In this document: one piece after another, positions 1 through 9,245 of the stretch | Layout: each line of letters starts with the position of its first letter | Position numbering within the stretch: position 1 is the first letter of the stretch | IMG/VR virus record: IMGVR_UViG_3300027820_000018 | Location: 1-39,062 of that record | Source of the DNA: a virus | Taxonomy: Duplodnaviria; Caudoviricetes | Reading direction: 5' to 3' (one strand) | DNA length: 39,062 nt | Program-made: the position numbers and the translations under genes | Notes under the pieces: generated by a model | Seen by the model: only the letters and a program-made list of their open reading frames with translations | Told to the model about the DNA's origin: nothing | Database searches by the model: none

Positions 1-127
1 AAGTTAAAGGCGTGCTGTACACGCTTGGACGGGTGGAAAACGGCTCTTACTCTGTTGTGGCACTCACTCAAGGGCGTGTTTCTACTCCTGCTGTTGACGC
101 TCTTATTCGCGAAAAGATTTCCACGCT
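1..127 (+). repeat. 127-bp terminal direct repeat, left copy (circular assembly overlap)
   Basis: aagttaaaggcgtg...gatttccacgct is identical to 38936-39062. Confidence 0.97.
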
Positions 128-722
128 ATCCGGAAGCACTCAGATATTCACTCAGGTGAAGCTATTCGGGTATCGCGACAAGGGCCGGGATATTCTAGCC
201 GTTACTGTTGCTGACCTGACTCTCTGCTACAACGTCACAGACGGGCGCTGGTTTGAGATGGGTGACGGTGACAAATGGGAGGTCTGCGGCTATGGCACGG
301 TATACGGTCAGGACGTGTTCATTGGTCGGACAATCACTGTCTCTGGTTCTGATATTACTTTCAACATGTCGCAGCCTGATTTAACAATTGGCACGGAGTT
401 TGGCGAGACGGTGGAACGGTATTTTGAGTCCGGAATGTTCAATGCCCAGCAAGCGCCTATTAGGCTGGCTGAACTAGAGCCTCAAGTGCAAGTGGTGGGC
501 AGTGACGCAGAGAACGTATTTGTGTCTGTGTCTACGGATTTCGGAGATACCTACGGAGCTGAACGCTCAAACACTGTTGTTTCTGGAGACCGTCGTACCC
601 GCTTTATGAACTGGGGATTAGTCCGTCAGGCGTTCGTTGTCAAAGTGCGATTCCTGAATGACTACCCGTCAAAAATCGTTCGCCTCATGTCCCGACTGAT
701 AACCGGAGGTCGTGACGCATGA
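1..722 (+). CDS. P22 gp10-like tail hub protein, C-terminal part
   Basis: Continues the 38107 ORF; C-terminal VSVSTDFGDTYG...RTRFMNWG...FVVKVRF resembles gp10-family ends. Confidence 0.8.
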   Translation, partial: VKGVLYTLGRVENGSYSVVALTQGRVSTPAVDALIREKISTLSGSTQIFTQVKLFGYRDKGRDILAVTVADLTLCYNVTDGRWFEMGDGDKWEVCGYGTVYGQDVFIGRTITVSGSDITFNMSQPDLTIGTEFGETVERYFESGMFNAQQAPIRLAELEPQVQVVGSDAENVFVSVSTDFGDTYGAERSNTVVSGDRRTRFMNWGLVRQAFVVKVRFLNDYPSKIVRLMSRLITGGRDA

Positions 723-1228
723 TAAGAGGCCAGATAGAGCTATCAGACGAGTTATTCCGCGCACTAACCAAACTTCCGGATGAAATGATTGAATGGCTCA
801 GGCAAGCGCAGAATCAGCTCAGGACACTGCCGGAGTTCATTCATTACGAAGACCTTGAAAGCTCAGTTTTCCCTACCGCTGACACTGGCACTTTGCTTTA
901 TGTCGGGTTCGATATCTTCATCAAAGACACTGACTGGTATTCACTCAGAGGCGGGCGCTCGTACGCTGTTGGCTCTCCGATTCCGTCAGCGTTTACGGCA
1001 GTTGACTACACGACTCAGCCTGTCGGAACCGTCAGGACTCTGGTTAATGTCTCAGGAGCTACCGTAAATAACGGGGCGACACTGAATGCCACACAGGTTA
1101 GAGGGGCGAGGATTCAGGCGGGAGGAATGACACCTGATGCCGTGCCTACCGTGCCTGTTGGTTCTGTCTGGTATAGCTTCGTCAAACTCAGCAACAACGA
1201 GGCGGGCGATTTTGTCCGGGTGTCGTGA
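719..1228 (+). CDS. Putative virion protein in the tail-needle (gp26) position
   Basis: Lies between gp10-like and gp14-like genes; short N-terminal helix then a beta-rich domain; ATGA coupling. Confidence 0.5.
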   Translation: MIRGQIELSDELFRALTKLPDEMIEWLRQAQNQLRTLPEFIHYEDLESSVFPTADTGTLLYVGFDIFIKDTDWYSLRGGRSYAVGSPIPSAFTAVDYTTQPVGTVRTLVNVSGATVNNGATLNATQVRGARIQAGGMTPDAVPTVPVGSVWYSFVKLSNNEAGDFVRVS

Positions 1229-1698
1229 TTGAGGTTAAGCGGATACCCGCAACAGTTGCGGCTTCGGTAATAGATGACGAGCTATTCGACAGGGTAAGCA
1301 ATAGTCGCTGCACTAAAGAGCACATAGTCACATCTTACACTGATTCTAACGTGTACATTGGCGCCTTCGTTGATGGTCAGATTATCGGTTCTGTCACGTT
1401 CAATCCTGAAAGCTCTTCAACGGTCGGTATTCATTGCAATTTCATAAAAGAACACAGGAAGTACGCGCAAGAGGCCGGAGTATTGATTATGCGGCTGTTC
1501 ATGCAGATGTTTCCGACCGTTGTTAAGTTCAAGGCTGTTATTCCGGTTATCTATCCTGACGTTATTGGGTTCTCAAAGAAGTTCGGCCTCATTGAGGAGG
1601 GCGTTGATAGGAAATCAATATTGAAGGGTGATATCATGGTAGACAGAATCTATTTAGGCGCAACTAAAGAAGAAATTCAGGCGGTGATTTATGAGTGA
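1225..1698 (+). CDS. P22 gp14-like / DUF2824 GNAT-fold virion assembly protein
   Basis: 157 aa; YIGAFVDGQIIG, GIHCNF, KKFGLIEEG pattern; located before the ejection genes. Confidence 0.75.
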   Translation: MIEVKRIPATVAASVIDDELFDRVSNSRCTKEHIVTSYTDSNVYIGAFVDGQIIGSVTFNPESSSTVGIHCNFIKEHRKYAQEAGVLIMRLFMQMFPTVVKFKAVIPVIYPDVIGFSKKFGLIEEGVDRKSILKGDIMVDRIYLGATKEEIQAVIYE

Positions 1699-2446
1699 TG
1701 TAAGTGACGCTCTTTCGAATATCGACCCAACAACGGACGAAGGTCTGACCAATATCGGTCTTGGCGGGCTGGCTGGTGGAGCCACGGGCAAGCCTGCTGA
1801 GTGGGCGGACGAAATAGGTTATAAGCTGTCCGGACAAGAACAACAGGACAAGATGGAAGAAGCCGCAGAAGAAGCAGCAGCAGCTCAGCAGGACATTATC
1901 TCACTGTACAAAGAGCAGTACGCCGACTATGTGAACCGGGCACAGCCTTACGCCAACCTTGGCTCCGATGCCGTTAAACAACTACAGGCATTCATGTCAC
2001 CTGAAGCTCAGGCTCAATACGCTCAAGAGGCGCTGCAAGGTCAGGCATTCCAGAACATCCAAGAGGCTGCGCTTAACCCGCTGATTTCGAATTCTGCTGC
2101 ACTGGGCAATAGGTTGTCATCCGGCATTCAGGAAGACGTTCTGAATACGTCCGGCGCTCTGGCGACTGGCTACGCTCAGGACATGATAAACCAGCGAATC
2201 GCGCAGCTTACGCAGGGTGTCAACACCGGCCTGTCTGCGCTGTCTGGCACTGGTTCCGCTGGCTCAGCAATGACATCTGGCTCAGCTAATGCGATGAATA
2301 ACATTGCGAATATCAACCTTCAGGCGGCCAACGCTGCGGCGATGCAGCCAAACCTTCTTGGCGGACTGGTCGGTGCCGGACTGGGTGCGTTTATTGGTGG
2401 GCCTACTGGCGCGGGAATCGGATACAACATCGGGAGTAACGTGTAA
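1691..2446 (+). CDS. DNA ejection protein, gp7-like
   Basis: Ala/Gly/Gln-rich, QPYANLG motif, Gly-rich hydrophobic C-terminus; first of three ejection genes. Confidence 0.7.
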   Translation: MSDVSDALSNIDPTTDEGLTNIGLGGLAGGATGKPAEWADEIGYKLSGQEQQDKMEEAAEEAAAAQQDIISLYKEQYADYVNRAQPYANLGSDAVKQLQAFMSPEAQAQYAQEALQGQAFQNIQEAALNPLISNSAALGNRLSSGIQEDVLNTSGALATGYAQDMINQRIAQLTQGVNTGLSALSGTGSAGSAMTSGSANAMNNIANINLQAANAAAMQPNLLGGLVGAGLGAFIGGPTGAGIGYNIGSNV

Positions 2447-3378
2447 TGGCTAACGGTCTCGGCGGTAACATGTTTTCTGGATTTCTGGCAAAGCCAATGG
2501 GCCTGAGTAACGCTATCGGTCAGGGTATTGGCGCTTGGGGTCAGGCTCAGCAGCAGAAGCAGGAACGGCACGCGGAGCTGCAAGCGGCTGACTTGCTGCA
2601 ACAGTCCCTGAAAACAGCTCAGAGCGACCCAGAAGGCTCTCAGGCGGCATTCATTCAAGCAATGCAGATGGCTCCGGATTTCGTTAATAACGTGCTTGGC
2701 GGGTTGAAGAAGCAGCAGGCCGGTCAAGCTAAGCCGATGTCTGAGTATCAGCGCGAATCACTCGACCTTCGCCGCCAGCAACAAGAGCTGGACAGACTGA
2801 AGATGGAGCAGAGCAAGGAGACAAATGAGCTTCGCCGGGAGCAGATTCAAGCTCAGATTAATAAAATTGAATCTGACGTAGAAAGCAAAAAGACAGAAGC
2901 CACTCAAAAAGAAGAGCAGGCTGCGGATCAGGTTGATGAGACGATAAACCTTCTTGACCGGATGATTAAGCACCCCGGTCGTGAGTCTGCAACCGGGTTT
3001 AGCAGTTTGTTTTCTGGTATTCCGGGAACCGAGGGCAGGGGCTTCAGGGCGCTTCTTGATACATTGAAAGGTCAGCAATTCCTGAACGAGGTTCAGGCGC
3101 TCAAAGGCATGGGTCAACTTTCTAATGCCGAAGGTGACAAGCTCGCCGCTGCCGCTGCCTCTCTTGATATCTCAATGCCGGAAGATGAGTTCCTTGCGGA
3201 GCTTCAGCGCATAAAGACAGGTCTTGAGACTGCCAGGAAGACAAAGAAAGGTACTTACAATAACGCTCAGTCGCAATCTGGTGGCGCCCCGCAAGCTGCG
3301 CTTGATTACCTGAATGCAAACCCTCAGATGATTGAGCAGTTTGAAGCTAAATACGGGTATCGCCCGGAGGGGTTCTGA
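2446..3378 (+). CDS. DNA ejection protein, gp20-like
   Basis: Gly-rich N-terminus, coiled coil, LKGMGQLSNAEG motif; synteny. Confidence 0.65.
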   Translation: MANGLGGNMFSGFLAKPMGLSNAIGQGIGAWGQAQQQKQERHAELQAADLLQQSLKTAQSDPEGSQAAFIQAMQMAPDFVNNVLGGLKKQQAGQAKPMSEYQRESLDLRRQQQELDRLKMEQSKETNELRREQIQAQINKIESDVESKKTEATQKEEQAADQVDETINLLDRMIKHPGRESATGFSSLFSGIPGTEGRGFRALLDTLKGQQFLNEVQALKGMGQLSNAEGDKLAAAAASLDISMPEDEFLAELQRIKTGLETARKTKKGTYNNAQSQSGGAPQAALDYLNANPQMIEQFEAKYGYRPEGF

Positions 3379-5267
3379 TGGCTAATCCGTTTGATCAGTT
3401 TGACGAAGTCCAGAAAGCTCAGGAAAACCCGTTTGACCAGTTCGATACTGGAGAGCCCAAAAAAAGGGCAACATCTCCGAGAATGGCAAGGGCGGAAGCT
3501 GCAAGAGATGAGCGCACAAGAGCTGTTCGGGAGCTTCCAGAACTTCCGGTGTCTGGCCTGCTGGCTGGCGAAGACCAGTCAAAGATTGCGCTCATTGGTC
3601 AGGTTTTAACAACGGCCACCAAGCCAGAAGAGGTTGCTCAGATTCTTTCGGAGTCGTTTCCGAATATCGGCATTCAATATGACGAGCAAGGAAATATTCT
3701 GGCTGCAAACAATGCAACAGGCGCCAGAGCCGTGATTAATAAACCCGGTTTTACTGTTATGGATGCGCTTCAGGCCGTTGGCATTGGCGCTGCATTCACT
3801 CCAGCAGGCAGGGCAGCAACCGTCCCTGCCGCAATAGCGCGCTCAGCCCTAACGGAAACCGCTATGCAGGCTGGTCAGTCCGCTGCCGGTGGTGAGTTCA
3901 ACGCCGAGGATGTTGCGCTATCTGCTGCCTTTGGTGGTGCAGGTAAGGCTGCTGAAAACCTTATAAGTGGAGGTGTCCGGGCGGCTCGCGGAGCAATACC
4001 AGAAGAGCAAGCTGCGCTTATAGCTGAAGCGGAGAAAAGAGGCATCCCACTGACAACTACCGACGTGGTTCCGAATGAGACTATTGCCGGTAGGATGGCT
4101 CAGAGGGTTGGCGAAGCGATTCCGTTTGTTGGCATGGGTCAGGTTCGGCAGGGTCAGCAGCGCGCCCGAGAGGCAGCGATTGAGGATGTCGTTGCTAGCG
4201 CAAAGCCGCAATATGAGGAAGTTGTCCAGTCCCTCAAGACTCAGACCGACAAGGTTAGGAAGGCTGCCGGGAATAGACTTGATTTAATCACCGGAAAGAT
4301 GGATGAGGTTGGCGAAATCTCCCCAATAAACACGCTGTCAGAGATAGACAAGGCGCTAGCCGACCTTACCGCAAAAGGGCGTGTTGTTGATGAGCAATCC
4401 GTTCGAGAGCTTCAGAGATATAGAGAGGCAATTCTTGAAGGTCAAACATTCAGAAGCCTTGATACTTTGAGAAGTGACTTCAGAGAAGGGGTTAAGGGTG
4501 ACAGGCAATTGCTCCCGACTCGATCAGAGGCAATGATTAATCGTGTATACAACGCAATGACAAGCGACCTAAAGGGAAGCATCCGCTCAAACCTTGGTGA
4601 CAAATCCGCAGAAGGATGGTCTAACGCCAAAGGGATATACGCACGCGAAGCGAACATTATTAAGAAGTCTCGCTTAAAATCCGTATTGGATAAAGGCGAC
4701 GTAACTCCTGAGTCTGTCGGCAATATTATCTTCAGTCAGAAACCCTCAGAGATTCGCAATCTTTATCGCTCCCTAACCCCAGAAGGCAAGGAAGCGATGC
4801 GAGGAACGATACTTGCCAAGGCTGTAGAAAAGGCAACCAATGCAGAAGGTGTTGTTACTCCTACTGCGCTGGCGACCCAGCTAGGTAAGATGAAGAAGCA
4901 AACCGATATTACATTTCGTGGCCTGAAGGGTAAAGAAATCAAAGGTTTGACTGATGTTCTTAATGCCACAAGGCGAGCGCAAGAGGCTCCGGTTCTGACC
5001 CCTACAGGACAGACGTTCACTGGTTTTGCTGGTGGTTATGCTGCGTATACCGATTTAGCCACAACGGCGGGGTTCGGGCTGACTTCAGCCTCTCTTGCTA
5101 GAGCGTATGAGTCGCCGCTGGTGAGAAATGCTCTTCTGCGTGTCGCCAGCGTACCAAAGGGCACTGATGCTTACGATAATGCCATATCAGAAGCCGTAAA
5201 ACTTATAACCTCCTTCGGGCAGGTTGCCAAGGATGAAAACATACGCGAAGCGGCAATGGGTGAGTAA
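3378..5267 (+). CDS. DNA ejection protein, gp16-like
   Basis: 629 aa, helical; repeated NPFDQFD at the N-terminus; GIPLTTTDV and AYESPLVRNALLR segments resemble gp16-family proteins; synteny. Confidence 0.7.
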   Translation: MANPFDQFDEVQKAQENPFDQFDTGEPKKRATSPRMARAEAARDERTRAVRELPELPVSGLLAGEDQSKIALIGQVLTTATKPEEVAQILSESFPNIGIQYDEQGNILAANNATGARAVINKPGFTVMDALQAVGIGAAFTPAGRAATVPAAIARSALTETAMQAGQSAAGGEFNAEDVALSAAFGGAGKAAENLISGGVRAARGAIPEEQAALIAEAEKRGIPLTTTDVVPNETIAGRMAQRVGEAIPFVGMGQVRQGQQRAREAAIEDVVASAKPQYEEVVQSLKTQTDKVRKAAGNRLDLITGKMDEVGEISPINTLSEIDKALADLTAKGRVVDEQSVRELQRYREAILEGQTFRSLDTLRSDFREGVKGDRQLLPTRSEAMINRVYNAMTSDLKGSIRSNLGDKSAEGWSNAKGIYAREANIIKKSRLKSVLDKGDVTPESVGNIIFSQKPSEIRNLYRSLTPEGKEAMRGTILAKAVEKATNAEGVVTPTALATQLGKMKKQTDITFRGLKGKEIKGLTDVLNATRRAQEAPVLTPTGQTFTGFAGGYAAYTDLATTAGFGLTSASLARAYESPLVRNALLRVASVPKGTDAYDNAISEAVKLITSFGQVAKDENIREAAMGE

Positions 5268-5545
5268 TGCTAGACATCCTGACGGTCACTATTTACGGGA
5301 TAATCGCCATTCAATTCGGATTGGCCGCTGGGCATTACCGCACGCGCAACCGTAAGGCAGTCCGGGCGTTTGGCCTGATGATTTTTATCTTTGTTCTGTG
5401 CGCTGTATCTGGGTATCTGGATAACGTCCTGATGATGCCTGAATGGTTGCATGTGTCGGCTCATGGCGCTCTGATATTGTTCTCAGTATGGTTTGTTGTT
5501 CGGAATCAGGCGCTGGTGATAATTCAGGCTCTGCGTGATGATTGA
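5267..5545 (+). CDS. Small three-TM membrane protein (possible holin/antiholin)
   Basis: Three hydrophobic segments in 92 aa; upstream of the endolysin. Confidence 0.5.
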   Translation: MLDILTVTIYGIIAIQFGLAAGHYRTRNRKAVRAFGLMIFIFVLCAVSGYLDNVLMMPEWLHVSAHGALILFSVWFVVRNQALVIIQALRDD

Positions 5546-5765
5546 TTTTGCCGATGCAGCCCCGCAAGTGTTTTTGGCCTATGGCGCCGGGTGTGTGACG
5601 GCCTATGCCTTTGCAATGCGAACCGCAGTACAGAACGCAAAAGACCAGCTCAAGCGCGAAAGGGAAATGTTTATGGAGCGTCTGACTAAGCAAGAGCAGA
5701 GATTCTATGAGCAAATCGAGATTTATAAAGAGCAACTTCGAATCTGTCAGGAGGGTCACAAATGA
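5535..5765 (+). CDS. Small protein with one hydrophobic segment and a coiled-coil tail (possible holin)
   Basis: 76 aa; overlaps both neighbours. Confidence 0.45.
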   Translation: MMIDFADAAPQVFLAYGAGCVTAYAFAMRTAVQNAKDQLKREREMFMERLTKQEQRFYEQIEIYKEQLRICQEGHK

Positions 5766-6250
5766 GTGACGTTACGCAAAAAAAGAAACTCTCAGAGTAC
5801 GATTATATTACTCCGACCGACACCACGAAGGTGCTGGCCTATGACCCGTCAAACCCTGTTGGCTCCCGTGTCGGATTGATGGGAATGACTGAGGCTGTAA
5901 CCGCTGGTTATACGCTTGATGAGATTTGGTCAGGAAGCAAGAACCCAGTAAGCCTGACCAGTGTCACGGACTTTCCCGACGGACTTCCGGGCAAGGGCCG
6001 ATTCGCGTTTAAGATTTCAGGCGTATCGGTTGTTTTTACGGCGGACTTCATTGAAGGCGAAATATCAATTTCTGAGACGTTCATATCAACCACATCTGAC
6101 GGAAGTGGCGGCTATTCGAAGCTGGCATTCTATCGAGGCTACATTACCGGCACCGGCAGTCTGTTTGTCAATAAGTACACGATAAACGACGGCGGAGCGA
6201 TTGACCCGGCTGTCACTGTAACAGTGACGAACATCTACCGAATGCGCTGA
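5762..6250 (+). CDS. Hypothetical beta-rich protein, possibly virion-associated
   Basis: 162 aa Thr/Gly/Ser-rich; RBS ggagg. Confidence 0.5.
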   Translation: MSDVTQKKKLSEYDYITPTDTTKVLAYDPSNPVGSRVGLMGMTEAVTAGYTLDEIWSGSKNPVSLTSVTDFPDGLPGKGRFAFKISGVSVVFTADFIEGEISISETFISTTSDGSGGYSKLAFYRGYITGTGSLFVNKYTINDGGAIDPAVTVTVTNIYRMR

Positions 6251-6260
6251 GGTTTTGACT

Positions 6261-6650
6261 ATGCCATTTAAATTCTCAGCACGCTCAATTAAGCGCATGG
6301 ATGGAATAGACGAGCGCCTAAAGGCGATTGCTTTTCGTGCAATCGAGATAAGCAAGGTAGACTTCGGTGTTCCAGCAATGGGCGGCTATCGCACACCTGA
6401 AGAACAAAAGGCGCTGTTTGATGACGGCAAGAGCCGGGCGGATGGTGTGGACAAGATGAGCTATCACCAGACCGGAAATGCGTTAGACGTATACGCATAC
6501 GTTAACGGAATGGCTAGCTGGGATGAACACCATTTGGCGATGGTGGCAGCTGCAATGCTTCAGGCCGCGTGCGAACTTGGTTATAAACTGGAATGGGGCG
6601 GTCTGTGGCAGTCGTTTAATGACATGCCACACTTTCAGATTAGGGATTAA
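6261..6650 (+). CDS. Endolysin, M15 family L-Ala-D-Glu peptidase
   Basis: FSARS, GGYRTPEEQ, SYHQTGNALD, WGG-W-SFNDMPHFQ zinc-peptidase motifs. Confidence 0.92.
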   Translation: MPFKFSARSIKRMDGIDERLKAIAFRAIEISKVDFGVPAMGGYRTPEEQKALFDDGKSRADGVDKMSYHQTGNALDVYAYVNGMASWDEHHLAMVAAAMLQAACELGYKLEWGGLWQSFNDMPHFQIRD

Positions 6651-6843
6651 TCCGCAGCCTCTCTATTCGCCTCTGTGCCTTCTTTGTGTGGTGCGTCAGG
6701 TGCCAGCGTAGGCAGTTCGGACACTGGTACGCCTGCAACCTGATAGACGGCCCTTTCTTTGTCTGACCTTCTCGAATATATCGTTTTGCATCCGCTTCGG
6801 TCAGGAACTGCATTTTGTTTGGATATGTTCTGCAATCGCTCAC
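6640..6843 (-). CDS. Small phage protein with a zinc-finger-like motif
   Basis: AYQCPNCLRWHLTH; coupled to the upstream gene. Confidence 0.65.
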   Translation of the reverse strand: MSDCRTYPNKMQFLTEADAKRYIREGQTKKGPSIRLQAYQCPNCLRWHLTHHTKKAQRRIERLRINP

Positions 6844-7310
6844 AGCTTATCCCGCACCCACTTCCAGAATGAGCTTGTTTCAGCGGCGTAGTAGACGAAC
6901 CCGCCGACCCTGACCGCCTTATACATCAGGTCAGCTTTCCACGCTGGCACACCCATCTCAAGCAGGACGTAGTAAAAAATCACGTCATTGATAACGCGCT
7001 GCGTCCGGTCTTCGTATCCACGGTCATGCCACATTGAGGCAAGGCGGAACTTCTGCGCTGTTTTCGTACCGATCAGCCAGCGAAACCGCTTAGGGATAGA
7101 CGCGCCATCCCACCAGTATTCCCGCTCGGTGCTGATAGTGTGCGGCATTCCATTAATCACAAACGTGACTTTAATATCCGGCCCAGTCCACTGAAGGCCG
7201 CCGAATTTCTTTACAATCAGCCTTGAGTACCGTTCGAACGTTCCCGGACGGCTTGGACAGTAAACGTTGTACACACTGCCATCATGGCCGTTGATTTGTC
7301 TTGTTTTCAT
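6840..7310 (-). CDS. DUF1353-family protein
   Basis: DGASIP...W, ASMWHD and MYKAVRVGG motifs. Confidence 0.8.
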   Translation of the reverse strand: MKTRQINGHDGSVYNVYCPSRPGTFERYSRLIVKKFGGLQWTGPDIKVTFVINGMPHTISTEREYWWDGASIPKRFRWLIGTKTAQKFRLASMWHDRGYEDRTQRVINDVIFYYVLLEMGVPAWKADLMYKAVRVGGFVYYAAETSSFWKWVRDKL

Positions 7311-7314
7311 GTCA

Positions 7315-7623
7315 TCACCTCATTGCAAATAATATCGCTCTGTCTGCCACGTCAACCGCGACACACTCATTGTAAACGTCGGTCATTTCATCGCCAGTGA
7401 CTGTTTCCTCTGGGTTCAACACGCAGTAATACGGCCTCCATTCTTGGCTCCCGTCGTAAAAATCAGACTCAGGATTGCGCATAACGGATAGTAATGACTG
7501 CTCCACAATGTCAGCGCAGTCTATTTCTAAATCCGCCACACGCTCAGCAGAGAGGCCGCTAGCGATTGAATCTAGCAGCTCAGGCGCAGGGATTACACAC
7601 TCTGTCGGTCGCCACTTATCCAC
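7315..7623 (-). CDS. Hypothetical acidic protein
   Basis: 102 aa in the tightly packed leftward operon. Confidence 0.6.
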   Translation of the reverse strand: MDKWRPTECVIPAPELLDSIASGLSAERVADLEIDCADIVEQSLLSVMRNPESDFYDGSQEWRPYYCVLNPEETVTGDEMTDVYNECVAVDVADRAILFAMR

Positions 7624-7834
7624 GTTTGGTACTCCCTTTCATGTTTTTGAGCGCTTCCGTTGGTTTGGTGTTCTCAATCACAACGCGCCTTGCCAGCTCC
7701 CTGGGATTTACCCGGTTTTGCTTTGCAACGGCTCTCAGCGTCTGCGGTTTCCGGTCGTGGATTATCACTCGGTCTAGCAGTGAGTCAGTGACGATTCCAG
7801 CCAGAATCTTGTCGCGTTCAGTTATAATCATCAC
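7616..7834 (-). CDS. Hypothetical protein, possible HTH
   Basis: TLRAVAKQNRVNPRELARRV; overlaps neighbours. Confidence 0.55.
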   Translation of the reverse strand: MMIITERDKILAGIVTDSLLDRVIIHDRKPQTLRAVAKQNRVNPRELARRVVIENTKPTEALKNMKGSTKRG

Positions 7835-8009
7835 GCACGCTCCTGTAAAAACGTGGGCCAGTCATCAGCAAGTCCATATCGTGCCAGCCAGCTTTCCACC
7901 ACGCCTGCTCAATCAATCTGGCCTTGCCATAAGGGCATTGGTCGGAGCCGTCGATTGCCTTTCTAGCCTCAACCCCCTCCTGATACGCTTTATTTATCCC
8001 ATCTGCCAT
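7818..8009 (-). CDS. Rmf/CrpP-fold (ribosome modulation factor-like) protein
   Basis: AYQEG...CPY...AWWKAGWHD matches the Rmf pattern G..A.....CPY......W..GW. Confidence 0.65.
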   Translation of the reverse strand: MADGINKAYQEGVEARKAIDGSDQCPYGKARLIEQAWWKAGWHDMDLLMTGPRFYRSVRDDYN

Positions 8010-8464
8010 TGTGCCGCCCCTTCAAACGCGCCCATCTTTCGGAATATTGCCTCAGCCTGTGCTTCATCCCATTCATTACCATGAGGATCAGCCAGCCAGC
8101 CTACATTCACAATATGACGGGGGCTGATTTCGTCTTTAACAAAATCCTGATGCAACTGATTCAACTGGTTCGCCAGATTGTATTGCGTGCAGGCTGTCTC
8201 AGTGACCACCTGAAACGCCTTCGTGTACTCCTGACCAGTCTCGGTGCGGCCCATCACTGCACAGTACACTGACCACTTGAACGGTATCTCAGTAACCGCC
8301 TTTACCAGTGACATACCTGCTCGTATTTTCGAACCGGTCTTAATGCTGACCAACTCTGACATGCCGCCATTGCCGCAGATAAAACCTACGGCCAGTCCTT
8401 TAAGTGACGCCAACCCGGCACGCTGAAACCGGGCGTTCATGCTGTGTTTTTTTCGTTTCTTCAT
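7994..8464 (-). CDS. Conserved hypothetical phage protein
   Basis: 156 aa; basic N-terminus; coupled ORF. Confidence 0.7.
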   Translation of the reverse strand: MKKRKKHSMNARFQRAGLASLKGLAVGFICGNGGMSELVSIKTGSKIRAGMSLVKAVTEIPFKWSVYCAVMGRTETGQEYTKAFQVVTETACTQYNLANQLNQLHQDFVKDEISPRHIVNVGWLADPHGNEWDEAQAEAIFRKMGAFEGAAQWQMG

Positions 8465-8694
8465 TTGTCACCAAACCGTTGTCCATTAAAATACAAAATC
8501 CAACTCCCGCCCTCACGAATCCAGCGGGGTGTTTTGTGAACTGCCGTGTCACTCGCTTTATCTGCCAGCTCATTCAGCTCAGCAGGAAACGACTGACCGG
8601 TAGTGCGTTCGTATTCGTCTACGATTTCACGCCGCGCCATTTTTAGCCAGCCAAGGTAAAAATCACCGGGGTTAGAAAGCTCGTCTAGAGTCAT
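8461..8694 (-). CDS. Hypothetical protein
   Basis: 77 aa; ATGA coupling on both sides. Confidence 0.6.
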   Translation of the reverse strand: MTLDELSNPGDFYLGWLKMARREIVDEYERTTGQSFPAELNELADKASDTAVHKTPRWIREGGSWILYFNGQRFGDK

Positions 8695-8942
8695 GGCAGC
8701 ACCCGGCAGGCTTTCTGCACTTCTTCCAGTTCCAACTCACGACGGGCGGTGATGATGTGCGCTTTCTTGTACTTGCTCGGATTCTTCAGCCAGCGCTGAG
8801 TCATTACCGTATTCGTAAACACGCCGATATACACCATAGAAACCGTGTCGTAAAAGAACGATCGCGGACTCTCTTTAGTGCAGAACTGCGTGGACTGTGC
8901 AAAGCGTCTCTGTAACGCCTCTGGTGTGTATGCTTTTGTCAT
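8691..8942 (-). CDS. Hypothetical protein (83 aa) directly downstream of attC-like site A
   Basis: RBS gagg upstream of the ATG at 8942; the longer annotated start falls inside the attC-like site. Confidence 0.6.
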   Translation of the reverse strand: MTKAYTPEALQRRFAQSTQFCTKESPRSFFYDTVSMVYIGVFTNTVMTQRWLKNPSKYKKAHIITARRELELEEVQKACRVLP

Positions 8943-8954
8943 TGTTCTTCCTCT

Positions 8955-9005
8955 TAATAACACATCGTTGCGTGAGACCTTCGGCTCACGAACTCGTTTT
9001 TATGT
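8955..9005 (+). repeat. attC-like site A (51 bp; first base of the R' core is T instead of G)
   Basis: TAATAAC-ACATC-GTT(G)CGTGAG(A)CC-TTC-GGCTCACGAAC-TCGTT-TTTATGT: hairpin with two extrahelical bases on the left arm and 5-bp spacers. Confidence 0.75.
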
Positions 9006-9161
9006 TCTGTAATCTTTCTCTGCCGTCAAGTATGGACAGTGATTTATCGACTCTGGTGTATTATTTAAAATAGACTCAGCCCAAAGCCTTGCTTTTTCCT
9101 CGCTAACTCCGTGCAAAACATACTGCTCTATAGCTTTTTCAATCCACTCCATTCTCTTCAC
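9000..9161 (-). CDS. Cassette-like small ORF (53 aa, MKRMEWIEKAIEQYVLHGVSEEKARLWAESILNNTPESINHCPYLTAEKDYRT)
   Basis: Below the ORF-track cutoff; RBS aagagg, GTG start; stop codon lies in the core of site A. Confidence 0.65.
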   Translation of the reverse strand: MKRMEWIEKAIEQYVLHGVSEEKARLWAESILNNTPESINHCPYLTAEKDYRT

Positions 9162-9184
9162 GGTCAACCTCTTTATTTAATCGA

Positions 9185-9245
9185 ACATAACAAAGCGTTA
9201 AATTTAGACGTTCGCAGGCTCACGCCCATTAACGCCGGGTTATAG
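9185..9245 (+). repeat. attC-like site B (61 bp)
   Basis: ACATAAC-AAAGC-GTTAAAT...TAGAC...ATTAAC-GCCGG-GTTATAG; near-identical to the reverse complement of 19728-19789. Confidence 0.8.

Noticed and set aside
1-127. Physical direct terminal repeat
   Set aside because: It is exactly 127 bp and lies inside a continuous gene, typical of a k-mer overlap; P22-like phages are usually headful packagers.
5267-5545. Similarity to ethylene-receptor-type TM sensor (FIxxC)
   Set aside because: The expected CGxxH motif is missing, so the resemblance is too weak.
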